Source: Prasinococcaceae sp. CCMP 1430 (Eukaryota > Plantae > Prasinodermophyta). Taken from it: a DNA stretch of 46,728 bases. The stretch's first letter is position 1. The number at the start of each line of letters is the position of its first letter. This document shows positions 27,972-39,955 of the stretch, piece after piece. The DNA is taken from assembly GCA_013416795.1 (NCBI GenBank), contig RQSC01001147.1, positions 36,481 through 83,208 on the forward strand, read 5' to 3'. Position numbers and translations under genes: made by a program. Under the pieces are notes generated by a model that was not told the origin of the DNA, searched no databases, and saw nothing but the letters and a program-made list of their open reading frames with translations.

Positions 27972-29817
27972 ATGGCGTCCACCGCGCTTGAGCGCATGCG
28001 AGCGTTGCACGAGGACACCGAGCGCGCGGAGCGCCTCGCCGCCAAGGACCTGAGCCGCGAGCCGCAAAAGCACCGCCACGTGCTCGCACAACAGCACCGT
28101 GTGGCGGGCTTCGTCGGGGAGGTCGTGAGCGCGGCAGCGGCTCTCGCGGAGGGGTACCAGGACGCAGGTGAGCTGCGCTCGCGCGAGCAGAGGCCATCGG
28201 CGATGGCGCCGCCCACGAAGCCGTCCCTCTGCATTGCGTGCATGCCCAACGCGGGACGCGCCGTTGGCGAGCGCTGACACATGCCCATCCCCGCGCCCGC
28301 ATCGCGCAGACAATGCGCTCCGCGACGAGGCGCGCGACTTTGGCGACAAGAGTGGGGGTGCGTTTGACGCATTCTACGAGCGCCTCGCGTCGGCGCGCTC
28401 CAAGCACGCTGCGCTGGGCGACACGCTCGCCGGGGGCTTCGACGAGGCCGCGGCGCTGTCTCGCGCACCCGAGATCGAGTTCAGTGGCGAGGAGGGCTCC
28501 GGCCGCTACCTCGACCTGCACGCGGCGCACCGCGAGTACGTCAACGCCAAGGCCTTCGGCGAGCGCTGCGAGTACGCTGCATTTCTGAGCAAGCTGAAGG
28601 AAGGCGGGGCGGTAGCGCTCGCACCGCGCAGCGCAAAGTCCGGCGCCGCCTACGCCACCTTTGTGAACTCGATCACGCGCTACCTCGAGGGCTTCCACGC
28701 CCGCACACAGCCACTGCAGCTGCTGGCGGGCAAACTCGCCGCCACCGAGGCATCATTTGAGGAGGCATGGGCGAAGGGCGAGGTGGCCGGCTGGGAGGAT
28801 CTGACTGCGAAGGCACCCGAGCTCCCCATCGACCTGGACGAGCACGACACAGAAGAAAAGCTGCTCGAGCTGGGCGGCGAGGCCCTTAAGGGCGCACTCA
28901 GCGCGGTTGGCCTCAAGGCCGGCGGGACGCCGCAGCAGCGCGCTCAGCGCCTGCTGTTGCTCAAGGCTACGCCGGGGGGGATAGCCAACATGGACAAGAA
29001 GCACTTCGCCAAGGGCGCTGTCGTGGGGAAGGCAGAGAGCGACACGAAGGCCGCGGCGCGGCTGAAGGCCTCTGCGGCCGCCGAGGCTCGCTTGGACTGC
29101 CTCCTTAGCCTGCTTGGCGACGCCCTCGAGGCTACGCTGGCAAACGTCGACAAGAAGGCCACGCGTACCTACGAGGAGATGGAGGAGGAGCGCGCAGCTG
29201 CCGAAGACGCTGAGGCGGAGCCCATGGAGGAGGGCGAGGAGTTCTCCAGCGACGAGGAGGACGCGGCCGCCGAGATACATAATCCTCTCAAGCTGCCGCT
29301 CGGATTTGACGGGAGGCCGATCCCATTCTGGCTGTACAAGCTGCACGGACTGAACCAACAATTCAAGGTGCGCGCTCGTGGGCGCGAGAGGCGCGCGCTG
29401 TCGAGTGCGAGCGCGGCCGCCGTGCAGGTGGCGCCCACCACCTCGTCTGACAACAGCGAGGTGTACCACAGCGTCCCCATTCCTCCCCCCCTCTCCCTTC
29501 CCCGCATTCGATGCTTTGTCGCTCTGCAGTGCGAAATATGCGGTGACTTCACCTACTATGGCCCGCGCGCCTTCGAGAAGCACTTCGGCGAGTGGCGTCA
29601 CCGCGAGGGCCTCAAGCGGCTGGGCCTGACATGGTCCCGCGAGATGGTAGGCATCACGTCCATCGAAGAGGCCAAACGGCTGCACCACGAGCTTCAGGAG
29701 CGGAAGAAACAAGGCTGGACCGCAGATGCGATGGAGGAGATGGAGGACGCCGAGGGCAACGTGTACTCGAAGAGGACGTTCAACGATCTGCTCAAGCAGG
29801 GCATAATCAAGGCCTAG
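27972..29817 (+). CDS. SF3A3: Splicing factor 3A subunit 3 (Prp9); exons 27972-28167, 28310-29367, 29530-29817
   Basis: FSGEEGSGRYLDL, NPLKLPLGFDGRPIPFWLYKLHGL, zinc finger CEICGDFTYYGPRAFEKHF.EWRH, EEMEDAEGNV. Canonical introns. Confidence 0.95.
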
Positions 29818-29946
29818 CTAGCTAGAGAGGAAGCTCGTCCAGCGACGAGGGCCTCTAGCCTCAGCCCGCCGACTGTAAATATTTAATATGGCCTCCCACA
29901 TCATCGTGTGGCGCGCAGAGGCGCGCGCTCGTGCTGCGGGGAGTCC

Positions 29947-30736
29947 TTACGCGCTCACGTCCGCCCACGGCGGCTGCAGGCCCATAGCATGTGCGGCGCC
30001 AATGTTCAAGGCCACGTGCAGCGAGGCCACACTCAGCGGATCCTCGCAGACGAAGAACATACCCATCCACACCGCCGAGAGCATGGTGAGGTACTTCAGT
30101 GTGCACGCGCGCACACGAGCGCAAGTTTTGGGGAGACGGACACAGCCGCACAGTCAGGGCATAATAGATGGGCAGGGCCTCGCGCACCTGACGGGACACG
30201 CGCGCGGGCGCACACCGTACCGGCAGCGCATCCGACGTGAAGGGCTTGGCGTCGGCGCGCACATGCGGCGGGAAAGCGTGTGGTAGCCAGAAGTGGGCGT
30301 GGATGAGGGCGCTGTACATCGAATGTGTGATGAAACCAGCGCTGAAGCTCACGATGGCGGGCGCGTTTAGCCTCTCTGCCAGGCGCCTGCCAACATCAAA
30401 ACTCGCGAGGAATGCCAACGTTTCGTTGACGCCATTTCCTACTCCGAACAGCAGCGACGCGGGCAAGCTGCGCGCCCTACCGCGCGTCGTCGTTCTCGAC
30501 GCGTACTTCAGATGCGTGAGCAACGAAGATGTGACGCCCGCCGCGGCGAGCGCGAAGCCTGGGCGGCCGCCTGCCCCGAGCAGGACCATCTTCACGACCT
30601 GTGCGCCGCCGTAGTATCGCCGCCAGAAGAGCGTGGCAGAGCCAGCCCAATACACCGCCATCCGCGCCCACCCGACGCGCGCGCGTGGCTCTCCCCCCGT
30701 CGCCGCCGTGTCGCCGTCGCCGCCTTTCGCGCGCAT
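29947..30736 (-). CDS. Multi-pass membrane protein, distant CPBP/CAAX-protease-like; exons 30736-30221 and 30093-29947
   Basis: Several hydrophobic helices. NGVNETLAF, ALIH and LHVALN echo the EE, H and HxxxN motifs. A phase-0 GTACGG..AAG intron restores the ORF. Confidence 0.55.
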
Positions 30737-31120
30737 GGCGCACGCGTGTGGCACTCCTTGGCTCGCCACGTGGACCCTCCACCCTGTTGCGCCCGTGCTG
30801 TGTCGCGGGCCGCGCGTCGTTGCACCGCCGCCAGCGCGCGCCAGAAGAGGTGGCGAAACGGGCGGAGGAGGGTCAGGGCGCCCAAGGCTGCTGCCGCGCG
30901 CCGGGGCTGACCTCCGCGCGCGCTCTGCCGCCCCCCACCCATCTCGCCCACGCCCGCACCGCCACACCCAGCACGGGTCACGGTTCACGCGCCACGCCCA
31001 TCCCCTCGCGACGGCGTCACGTGACGTCCAGCGACGCATCCTGCACACGCGCGCGCGACCGAGTCTCAGCGCAACACATTGTTGCACCGAATTCCCACAA
31101 ATGACCGACGAGCTAGTACG

Positions 31121-31141
31121 AGGCCCAATTTCTAAACCCTA
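31121..31141 (+). promoter_or_regulatory. Site II-like (AGGCCCAA) plus telo-box-like (AAACCCTA) pair in a divergent promoter
   Basis: Both motifs lie within 21 bp in the AT-richer gap between divergent genes. This pairing is a known arrangement in plant promoters. Confidence 0.4.
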
Positions 31142-31221
31142 TTTCACTCCCGCCGACTTCCCCTAATTCATCACCATCCCCCGTACAAATGGTGTCATCT
31201 AATCGCATTGCTTCATCCATC

Positions 31222-31258
31222 CATGCATGCATGCATGCATGCATGCATGCATGCATGC
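31222..31258. repeat. (ATGC)9 self-complementary microsatellite
   Basis: Directly visible perfect tract. Confidence 0.95.
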
Positions 31259-31424
31259 GTCCCCGCGAACCCAAACGTGCGGGGCGAGGGCGGGGCGGGC
31301 GCGTGCCTCGCGCGCGCGCGGCAATTGCCGTGATTGTTGCGCGCGCGGGGCGCGGTATGATACTGCAGAGCGGATGCTTTTCCTCCAATCGGCAGAAGGG
31401 AAATTGGGGCGGCCTGCGGATTGC

Positions 31425-32363
31425 ATGGGCCGGCGGGTGCGCCACAGCGCGCGCCGCGCGGGGCGCGCGTGCGTGCAGGGCGAGCTCGAGGCTGAGATGA
31501 TGCGACTGACCAAGAAGAGCGCGGAAGGTGCCGGCGACGCGGTGCGGGCGCCGAGGCGGGCGACATCGACCCCGAGACGGGCGCGTGGGCAGACGACCCG
31601 GACGCGCTCATCGACGTGGCCGCCGCGGAGGCGATGCTCGAAGAGAGGGAGGGGCTCGAGGACCAGTACCGCGAGGCGCTCGCGCAGAAGCTGCGCGACG
31701 AGTACGCGCGGCGCGAGGAGGCCGAGCGGGAGCAGCGCGCGAGCTTTGACATCGGGTCGCGCCTGTACGAACGAGGCGAGTACTTGCGGGCCGCAGAGCA
31801 CCTCGAGGGCATATCCGAGGGAATGAGGCGCGGGTCGGACGTGTACGGCGAGACACGCATGTGGCTGGGCATGAGCCTTCAGGCTCTCGGGCGCACGGAA
31901 GAAGCGTCGGCTTGCTTTGGCGAGGTCGCGGCGATGCATCCCAACGAGAAGATTCGCTCGCAAGCTGAGTACTTGAAGTACATCAACGAGGTGAGGCACG
32001 CGTGCGCGCGGCTGCGCGCACGCGGCATTCAATGCGCGCAACACGCGCTGATGCGCTCTTTCGCGCCCGATCGCCTCGCGCGCACACGCGCAGGCTCCCA
32101 AGCTTCAGCTCGGCGAGGACGAGAGGGTCAAGGTGCCTGACCTCAACGACATTCAATACAGGAGTTACTCTTCCTACGGAAGCAGCAGCACAAGGAGCGC
32201 GCGGCCCGCATCTACGAGGGCAACCACGAGCGACGAGTACTTGGACGAAATGGTCGCTTGGAAGCCTCCGCGTTGGGTCAAGAGCGCCGCATTCAGAATA
32301 CTCGCGAGCGTCTGGGCTGTCGGCGTGTGCACGGCTCTCTACCTGCAGCAGCAAGGGCCGTAG
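31425..32363 (+). CDS. TPR-like plastid-type protein with C-terminal TM helix; intron 31991-32093; frame break near 31541
   Basis: FDIGSRLYERGEY...MWLGMSLQALGR...HPNEKIRSQAEYLKYINE|APKLQL resembles plant/cyanobacterial single-TPR proteins. The transit-like N-terminus from ATG 31425 is one frame off the main ORF. Confidence 0.7.
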
Positions 32364-32387
32364 TAAGTACGGCGATTGTCATTATTA

Positions 32388-34416
32388 TTACGACGATGGC
32401 GCACTGTCGTGGTGTATGGTGGGCTTGCCGTCCGGCCCCAGCTGCACGCGCACGCCCCTCCCGCGCAGCTCCCTGTCGTCGTCCGCGGCATGCAGCGCAT
32501 CAAGGCCATGCAGGCGCTCGTGCGCAACGGGCGAGACCTCGCACACGTTTCTGACGCCCCACAACGCCCACTCGCGCGCCATTGGCGCCGCCTCGTCAAC
32601 GCGCGTCTGAGAGAGTAGCAACTCGGCGCCGCCCACGCGCGCGAGTGCATCGGAGAGGTCCGCGCGCCCGAAGCACAGGTTGGCGAGCAGAGCGCACAGG
32701 TCGGCACGGTAGCCCACGTACGGAGCTGCGGCGGGATAGGTCTGCACAGCGCAGCGTGCGTACCGGTCAGTGAGCGCCAAGAGCGCGAGTGCACGCCCTG
32801 GCGCGTCCAAAGAGCGCGCAGGGGCGCTGAGCATGCTGCCAATGCGCCGGCGCGCGCACCTCCTCAGTACCGGTCTTTTCCGCACCGCCCGCGTACAGCG
32901 GCGCCCACGCGCTCACTGCGCGCTCTTCCAGCGGCACCGAGCCGCGCCCAGGCTGCGGCAGCGCCGCGAGCATGCGCAGCAGCAGAGCAACGCCGCGGCC
33001 GAGCTCAGGGATTGGCGCGTGCGGCAACGGCGGCGTGTCTCCACCCGCATCCGCGCGCTCGCCGGTCGCAGCCAGCGTCTCGCGCACTGCACCGCAATCC
33101 TCCCCGAGCAGCAGAGACATGCAGCCCATCGCTGCCTCCAGAGCGCGCGCATCGTCTTCGAGTACCGCGTCGATGGCATCGCCTGTGCAGACGCTCGCTG
33201 CGCTCCCGATTCGTGCCGCCGCCGCGTGCGCCTCACGCAGCAGCTCGTACGCTGAGGGCGCGTCGAAGGCAGCCGCAGCGGCCCCGAGCGTCGCGCTGGC
33301 GCTTCGGTCGGCGCGCTTGTGCAGGTGCGAGCAGAGCGCCTCGAGTACGCGCGCGGTGCCACATTGAGGCCCCGCGAGCGCGGCTGGGGTGGTCGCTAAG
33401 TCGCCGCGTGCATCCTTTCGCAGCGCTCGCAGCGCGCGCGGAAGCAGAGTGTGCTCCACACACAGCCGCCCGAAGAGGAGCTCGGCAGCGGGCCCGCACG
33501 ATGCGGCAGCTGCGTGGCAGCGCGTACGCGAGGTCATGGGTTGAGGCGAGCGTCAGCCCTGTTGGCAGCGCGTTGCACCAGAGAAGCACACGGACGAGGA
33601 CACGCGCCTGAGAACAGTCAAGTGTGCGCGCCCCGACGCACCTCTGAGCGCTCGCGCATCATCACAGAGCGCCTCGGCATGGGCTGTGCTTGCGCCCACC
33701 GCCGCGTGTGCCGCAAGCGCAGCCGCCTCGCGCGCTCCAGCGTCGTCGCACTCGAGCAGCGCTACGGCTGGTGCCACGGCGCAGGAGTCCAAGCAAACGC
33801 CTCCGCCATCCCCGACTGGCTTGAAGGCAACCTCCCACAGCGCAGACATGTCGCTCGCTGCAGCGCTTGCGGCTGCAGCCGTGAATGCGTTTGCGAGTGC
33901 CTGCGCGGCTGCGCGCGCGCACTGCCGTGTCTCATCTACGGCGGACCTCGCACCGTCCTCGGGCGCAGGTGCGCACGGCACGGGCGCATCAAGGCGTCTC
34001 ACACGCACACATTCCTCGGCCGCGAGCTCCGCGACCGCACGCGCGAGACCGCAGTGTGCACTGGCCGCTGCCTCCGCCGCCACCGACAGCGCGTTGCGAG
34101 CGACGCGTAGCAGCGCGAGCCGGAGCGGCGCGGCGGCCACCGCGCACGCGCTCGCAAGGTGCGAGTCACCGACATGGGTCTCACTCGTCGCGGACGCGCG
34201 CACAAGAGAGGCTCGGAGCGCATCCACGAGCGCCGCATGCGCGCTGCTGCTTCCGCGTGCCGCCTCATGCCAGCCGCCGCTGGCGGCGGCCCCACGCACG
34301 GCCGCCGCCGCCGAGGCGGCGCGCGAGCGAGTGACGCCGTCCTCTCCCGCGTCAGCGCCCGCTCGCACCACGGTGGACGCCGCAAGGAGCGCCTCCTCGA
34401 GTGTGCCTGGCGCCAT
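32388..34416 (-). CDS. ATXN10: Ataxin-10 domain (ARM-like) protein, 592 aa; exons 34416-33642, 33509-32860, 32741-32388
   Basis: C-terminal YRADLCALLANLCF...GGAELLLSQTRVDEAAPMAREWALWGVRNVCE matches the ataxin-10 domain. Two GTGCGY..CAG introns give a continuous frame. Confidence 0.8.
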
Positions 34417-34589
34417 GACGCCCCACACTCGCCCGCTGCCACCGCGGCGAGCGCGCGCTCTGCCACGCACCTGTGCACACGCGCACGCGGGCGCACACTC
34501 GGAACCCCGCGAGAGTGCGCGCTGGATTGCCGGCGCTCGGCTAGCTCACTTACGTACGCACTAGGCCAGCGCCACGTGCGCGATCGCGC

Positions 34590-36085
34590 TCACCACGCAG
34601 CGCTGATGACCGGCGCCCAAGCGGGCATTTCCATTGCGTCCGCTTCGCCGTCCACGAGCGCAGCTACGCGGCTGAGCGTCGCCTTCTCGATGCGCACGAG
34701 CCGCGCGACCAGCCTGCGCTTGGCCGGCGCGCTTTCGTCCTGCGCGACGTCGTCGTCCTCAAACATTGTCGTTGGGTACGCGCGCAGCCGCGCCGAGGCG
34801 TAGCTTGCCAGAGCCCCACGCGCGCGCGCCTCGTTGGCGTCCGAAAGCTGCGAGTGCACGTCGTCGTGCGCGCGCGACAGCTCGCCGTGGTCCTCAGCCA
34901 TGGCGATGCGCAGGAAGGGCAGCAACTCGGGCGACCAGGGCGTCTCTGCGTCGCGGTAGAGCTGGAAGTCGGAGGTGCTGCCAGTCCCCAGGAGCTCCTG
35001 CACGGCGAGCCGCTTGGCCTGAAAGAGCTCGTCGTCTGGGTTGAGGCGCACGTTGATGCCCAGCCGGTCATGCGGGTTGTTGTCGTCGACGATGCCGTAG
35101 TTCAGGAGAAGCTTCGAGTTGGGTTGGGGGCCGCACCAAACGCTGATGGGCTCGCCCGCTTCCATGTCCCTGTCCGCGATGTACGATACCCCCTCCGGGG
35201 CGCCCTCCATCGCTGCGGGGGGCGGCGGCCCGCGCATCACGGCGTCGCTCTCGCCACCGTCGCTGCCGAGCTTCCCTCGCAGCATCGCGCGGGACTGCGG
35301 ATCCCAGCGCGCCAGCGGCGCCGCCAGCGGCACGAGCGCGAAGCGCCGAGAGGTGCCCACACCTTGCATGTGCAAAACGTTCGCCTGCACGGCGGCGAAC
35401 GCGCCAAGGAATGTCCTGAACGAGAACTGTTGCGTGGGCAGGTCATACGGGTATGCGTCGAAGAGCGAACCACTCATGTACCACACGGTGTCGAGCTCCT
35501 CGTACTCGGCGCGCACGCCGGCGCGGCGCTGCTCGATGATGCGCAGCATCGGACTGCCTTGCAGCCACGCGAGCTCCTCGTCGGACCACAGCAGCGGGCT
35601 CTCTACCTCATCCGGCCCCTTGGCGCGCTGCTCATCGATCAGCTTGAGCAGCGGGCTCCAGAAGGAGGATTTCTTCAGCATCTTCTCGTAGCACAGGTAG
35701 AGCGCGAGGATTGAGAGTTCGCTGAGCTTGTTCGTCGTGAGGAGCTCGGCGAGCGAGGCATCCTCCAAGACTCGCTCCAGCGTGATGCACAATCGCCACG
35801 GCACGGTGAACACCAGCTCACCCGCCTCGATGCGATGCGCGGCGCGGAGGCTGGGCCGCCCATCCTCGCCCTCGCGCGCGAGCGCGACGGCGTTGTTCTC
35901 CGCGAGCGCCCGCCCGCCCTCCTGCTGCAGCCACTCCATGAACTCGTCGGCGACCGCCGTCCGCCGTGCCGCGCGCACGCGCGCGCGGCGCGCGAGCACG
36001 CGCCGCGGCTGCGGCGGCGGCGTGCTCGCTCGGTGACGCGAGCGCGCGCGGATCGCCTGGGCGACCCGCGGAGATGGCGAGGCAT
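34590..36085 (-). CDS. Rubisco-LSMT-like SET domain protein, SAFE1-like; start ATG one base out of frame
   Basis: SELSILALYLCYEK..SFW, ESPLLWSDEEL, ELDTVWYMSGSLFDAYPYDLPT, RRFALVPL, CGPQPNSKLLLNYG resemble Arabidopsis SAFEGUARD1. A transit-like N-terminus is present. Confidence 0.85.
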
Positions 36086-37188
36086 GCCGGGGCGAGTCAC
36101 GTGCCCAAGCTCGCAGCGAGTCGACCGCGTGCTGACGCGCTCGCCGCGTGGCCGCCCGCTCTCTCTCGCGCGCCACGCCTGGCCTCGCCCGCCCGCCTCC
36201 CACCACCACCACCACCACCACCACAAAACACACGACGCACACGCACCCTCCCGCCGCCCTCCCCCTGCTTCATACCCTGCATGCGTCGCCCACCTACCCA
36301 CCCACCCCCTCCGTGGGTGCGCCGTGTGACCCACGGCGGGCCGCCTGCGCCCTGCGACCTGCACCCCGCAGCTGCTGAAACAGCCGCAGGAAAACGCCGC
36401 CCTGAAAGCCGCGGCGGGCCGCCGTGGCGGTAGGCGGGGGCGCCAGGGTGCGCCAGACTGCGCGCGGCGGGCGGCCAGGCGCGAGCGCGCGAGCGCGCGA
36501 GCGCGCTCGCTCGGAAGGACTCTGCCCACCCCACCCCGCCTTCCCCTCTCTCGCAGGCTCCGCCGCCGCCGCGCGGTCGCGCGCGGGGCCCCGCAGAGAG
36601 GAGAAGGAGAAGGTATGCAGCCGCCGGCGGCGCTGGTGTGGGCGATGCGATGCAGCGGTGGGGTGGTAGTTGTGGAGGCGTTGCGGGGTGGAGGCGGGGG
36701 AGCCGGGGCTCGGCAGGCGCGATGGCGATCGCGTGGGCGTGCGATGGCGCAGTGAGGACTGATTTCAGATACTGCTGAGGGGCGCGCACGGACGGAGGCC
36801 GCGGCGGCTGCGTGCCCTCCGGGCACGCACGCGTGCGCCGTGCGCCACCTCTGTGCGTGCGGCCGACTGGCGTGATGAGCAGCGCGCAACGCGGTCTGGC
36901 CACGCGCCTGGCCGCGTGTCGTGTGAACAGAGATCTGAGCGTCAAACGCACGCGCGCGTGGACGTGACTGTGGTGCGCAGTGTGCATCCGCGCGTAGGCG
37001 GCGCTGGGTGGCGCGAGTTTGCGCGTGAGTGTTTGGAATGCGCGGAGACTTTGTGTGCGCGCCGTGGCGATTACGTGGGCGTGCCGCGGCGATGCGACGG
37101 CGTTGCGTGTCTCCTCGCCGCTCACATTCGCATGGGCGTGCGCACGCGCGCGCGTAGGCCCCGCTGCGCCCCCTACCCACCCGCAGCC

Positions 37189-38535
37189 ATGGGCATCCTA
37201 GAGCGCATCAAGGAGATCGAGCATGAGATGGCTCGCACCCAGAAGAACAAGGCCACCGAGTACCATTTGGGCCAGCTCAAGGCGAAGCTTGCCAAGCTGC
37301 GCACGCAGCTGCTCGAGCCCGCCGGCAAGTCGAGCGGCGGCGGCGACGGCTTCGAGGTGGTCAAGTACGGCAACGCGCGCGTGGCTTTGATTGGCTTTCC
37401 GTCGGTGGGCAAGTCCACGCTGCTCACGCAGCTGACGGGCACGGAGTCGGAGGCCGCCGCTTACGAGTTTACGACCCTCACATGCATTCCTGGCGTGATT
37501 CACTACAACGGAGCCAAAATCCAGCTCTTGGACCTGCCGGGTATCATCGAAGGCGCGTCTGAGGGCAAGGGCCGCGGGCGCCAGGTGATTGCCGTGTCCA
37601 AGACCGCAGACCTCATCATGATGGTGCTGGATGCCAGCAAGGACAACGTGCTGCGCCACCGCGAGATCCTCACCGCCGAGCTAGAGGCCGTCGGCCTGCG
37701 CCTCAACCAGAAGCCGCCCGATGTTTACTTCAAGAAGAAGAAGACCGGTGGCCTCACCTTCACGGCGGTCGTCAAGCTGACGCACCTGGATGAGAAGCTC
37801 GTCTACCAGATCCTGCACGAGTACAAGATCCACAACGCCGAGCTCCTGATTCGCGAGGATATCACCGTGGACCAGCTGATCGATGTGCTAGAGGGTAACC
37901 GCAAGTACGTGCGCTGCCTCTACGTGTACAACAAGATCGATATGCTCTCCATCGAGGAAGTGGACGAGATGGCTCGTCGACCCGAGACTGCCGTCATCAG
38001 CTGCCACATGGAGCTCGGCCTCACGCAGCTAATGGAGCGCATGTGGGAGGAAATGGCCCTCGTGAGAGTATACACCAAGCCGCCAAAGGGCAGGCCCGAC
38101 TTCGAAGAACCCGTCATCCTGTCCGCGGAGCGCGGCGGCGTCAGCGTGAGCAACTTCTGCAAGCAAGTACACGCTGCGCTCTTGCGCACCTTCGCGTACG
38201 CCAATGTGTGGGGTAGCTCCGCGAAGCACGCACCGCAGCGCGTGGGGAGAGAGCACATGCTGCAGGATGAGGACGTGGTCATGATCGTCCGATCGAAGGA
38301 TGCAGACAAGGTGCGCGCGCGCGCGTGCGATTCAGTCCGCGCACGCGCCTGTCCTCGCGCCCCGAGTGATTCGCGTGCGCTGCTCGGCACTTGGCGATCG
38401 TTGAGCTGACGCGGACGCGCACGCGGGTGCGGTGGGCGAACACAGGAGGAGCTCAAGGGCCGCTTCTCGACCACCAAACGCAACGATCCGGACCGCATAG
38501 CGGACCGCGTGAAGAAGGCGGCGCTCAAAACGTAA
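37189..38535 (+). CDS. DRG2: Developmentally regulated GTP-binding protein (DRG2-type); exons 37189-38310 and 38446-38535
   Basis: LIGFPSVGKST, AAYEFTTL, DLPGIIEGA, NKID, a TGS domain, and the plant-like tail RIADRVKKAALKT. Confidence 0.95.
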
Positions 38536-38726
38536 AGACGTGCCGTCGCCCTCTGTAATAATGCTTGCGCATGACTCAGCGCGCGAACGCATGGGCGCAT
38601 ACTGTGCTCTTGCGCGGAGCCTGCATCTGGCGCCCAGCCAGAGTGCGCACGGGCGCGATTGCAATGTGTTGCATTATCATTAGGTCTTGTGTGATGTGTA
38701 GTTATGGGCGCGCTCACGCGCACGTT

Positions 38727-39384
38727 TTAGATTCCGCCTTCGCTGTACACCTCGATCTTGAAGACGGTGGCGAAGTCGGCGTAGCCCGCGCCGATGACAA
38801 ATTTGAGGAAGCGCGCCTTCAGGCGGGACACCTTGTGCGACTCGATTTGCTTCCCCGCCGAGCCCTTGTCCGCGAGCTCGACGTCGAAGAGCTTCTCGAA
38901 GCCCTGCAAGCACAGGTGAAGGCGCGCAATGGCGCGCTCAGGCGTAAGCGCTCGAACTCGTGCATTCGAGCTCGGCCACCATGCGCGCATGCACGCGCGT
39001 GGGTGGGCGTACCTTGGGCGACGACTGTGTGCTGAATTCCAAGCCCAGCCGGCGCACTCCAGACGTCACTGTGCGCACCTTGGAAATGCTCACCTGTGCG
39101 CCAGCGGGCAGTTGCGCCGGGGGGGGGTGGTCCCAATGCGACCACGCATGTCAGAGGCGTGCGCTCGCGGCCTGCGTTCGTTCGTGCCAGCGCGGCCAGA
39201 CACAGCGGCAGGCGCAACATACCTCCTTTGGGAGCGCGATGACCAGCTCCTGCGGGAACAGGCCCGTAGTCATCCAGAAGGTCGACTCGGTACCATCGAG
39301 CGTATTCTCCGGCGGATGGTGCTCGTCGGCGCACGTGGCCGCAGCGATCGACGAGCCCGCGGCCGCGAGCGCGACGTCCGTCAT
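38727..39384 (-). CDS. IFT25: Intraflagellar transport protein 25 / HSPB11 (139 aa); exons 39384-39223, 39093-39013, 38903-38727
   Basis: DEHHPPENTLDGTESTFWMTTGLFPQELVI matches the IFT25 N-terminus. Two phase-0 GT..AG introns. Confidence 0.88.
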
Positions 39385-39955
39385 GGCTGGGTGCTCGCGG
39401 GTCAGCGCGGCGCAGTCCCGCTGACGAGCGGATGCAAACTCACCCGCTCGCCGGCCGGACTGCTGGCCCGACTGCGCCTGCACGCTCCCACACCTCTCCG
39501 CGCGCGGCGCGAGGGGCTCAGGCTCGAAGCGGCGGCGCCGCGCTGCCCCCGCCGCCGCCGCCGCGCCGAGCGCCGTGTGCCGCCCGCGGGCGTCGGCGCG
39601 CGCCGGCGGCGTTCCCCGTTCAAAGCTTCGCCGCAAACGTGCGGAAAACGCACCCGCGAAAGCGGGCGCAAATGCGACTCCGCACGTTGGGCTTCGGGTT
39701 CACTTTAGGTTCAAAATCTGCTCATAATATACCACGGGCGAGCGCGCGGTACGCCGGGTGCCAGCGGGGGGGAGGGGGGGACGCGAACGAGCACAGGGCG
39801 ACGAATGCGGACGCGGCGCGCCGAGTTCCCCGCGTGTGGGCGCACGCGGGTGCGCGCGCCACACTCGGCAGCGCCCGCGGAGGGCCGTCGAGGGGGTAGG
39901 GTGGTAGGCCCTACCCCCTCGCCGGGGGGCGGGGAGAAGGGTAGGGGGGGGAACC

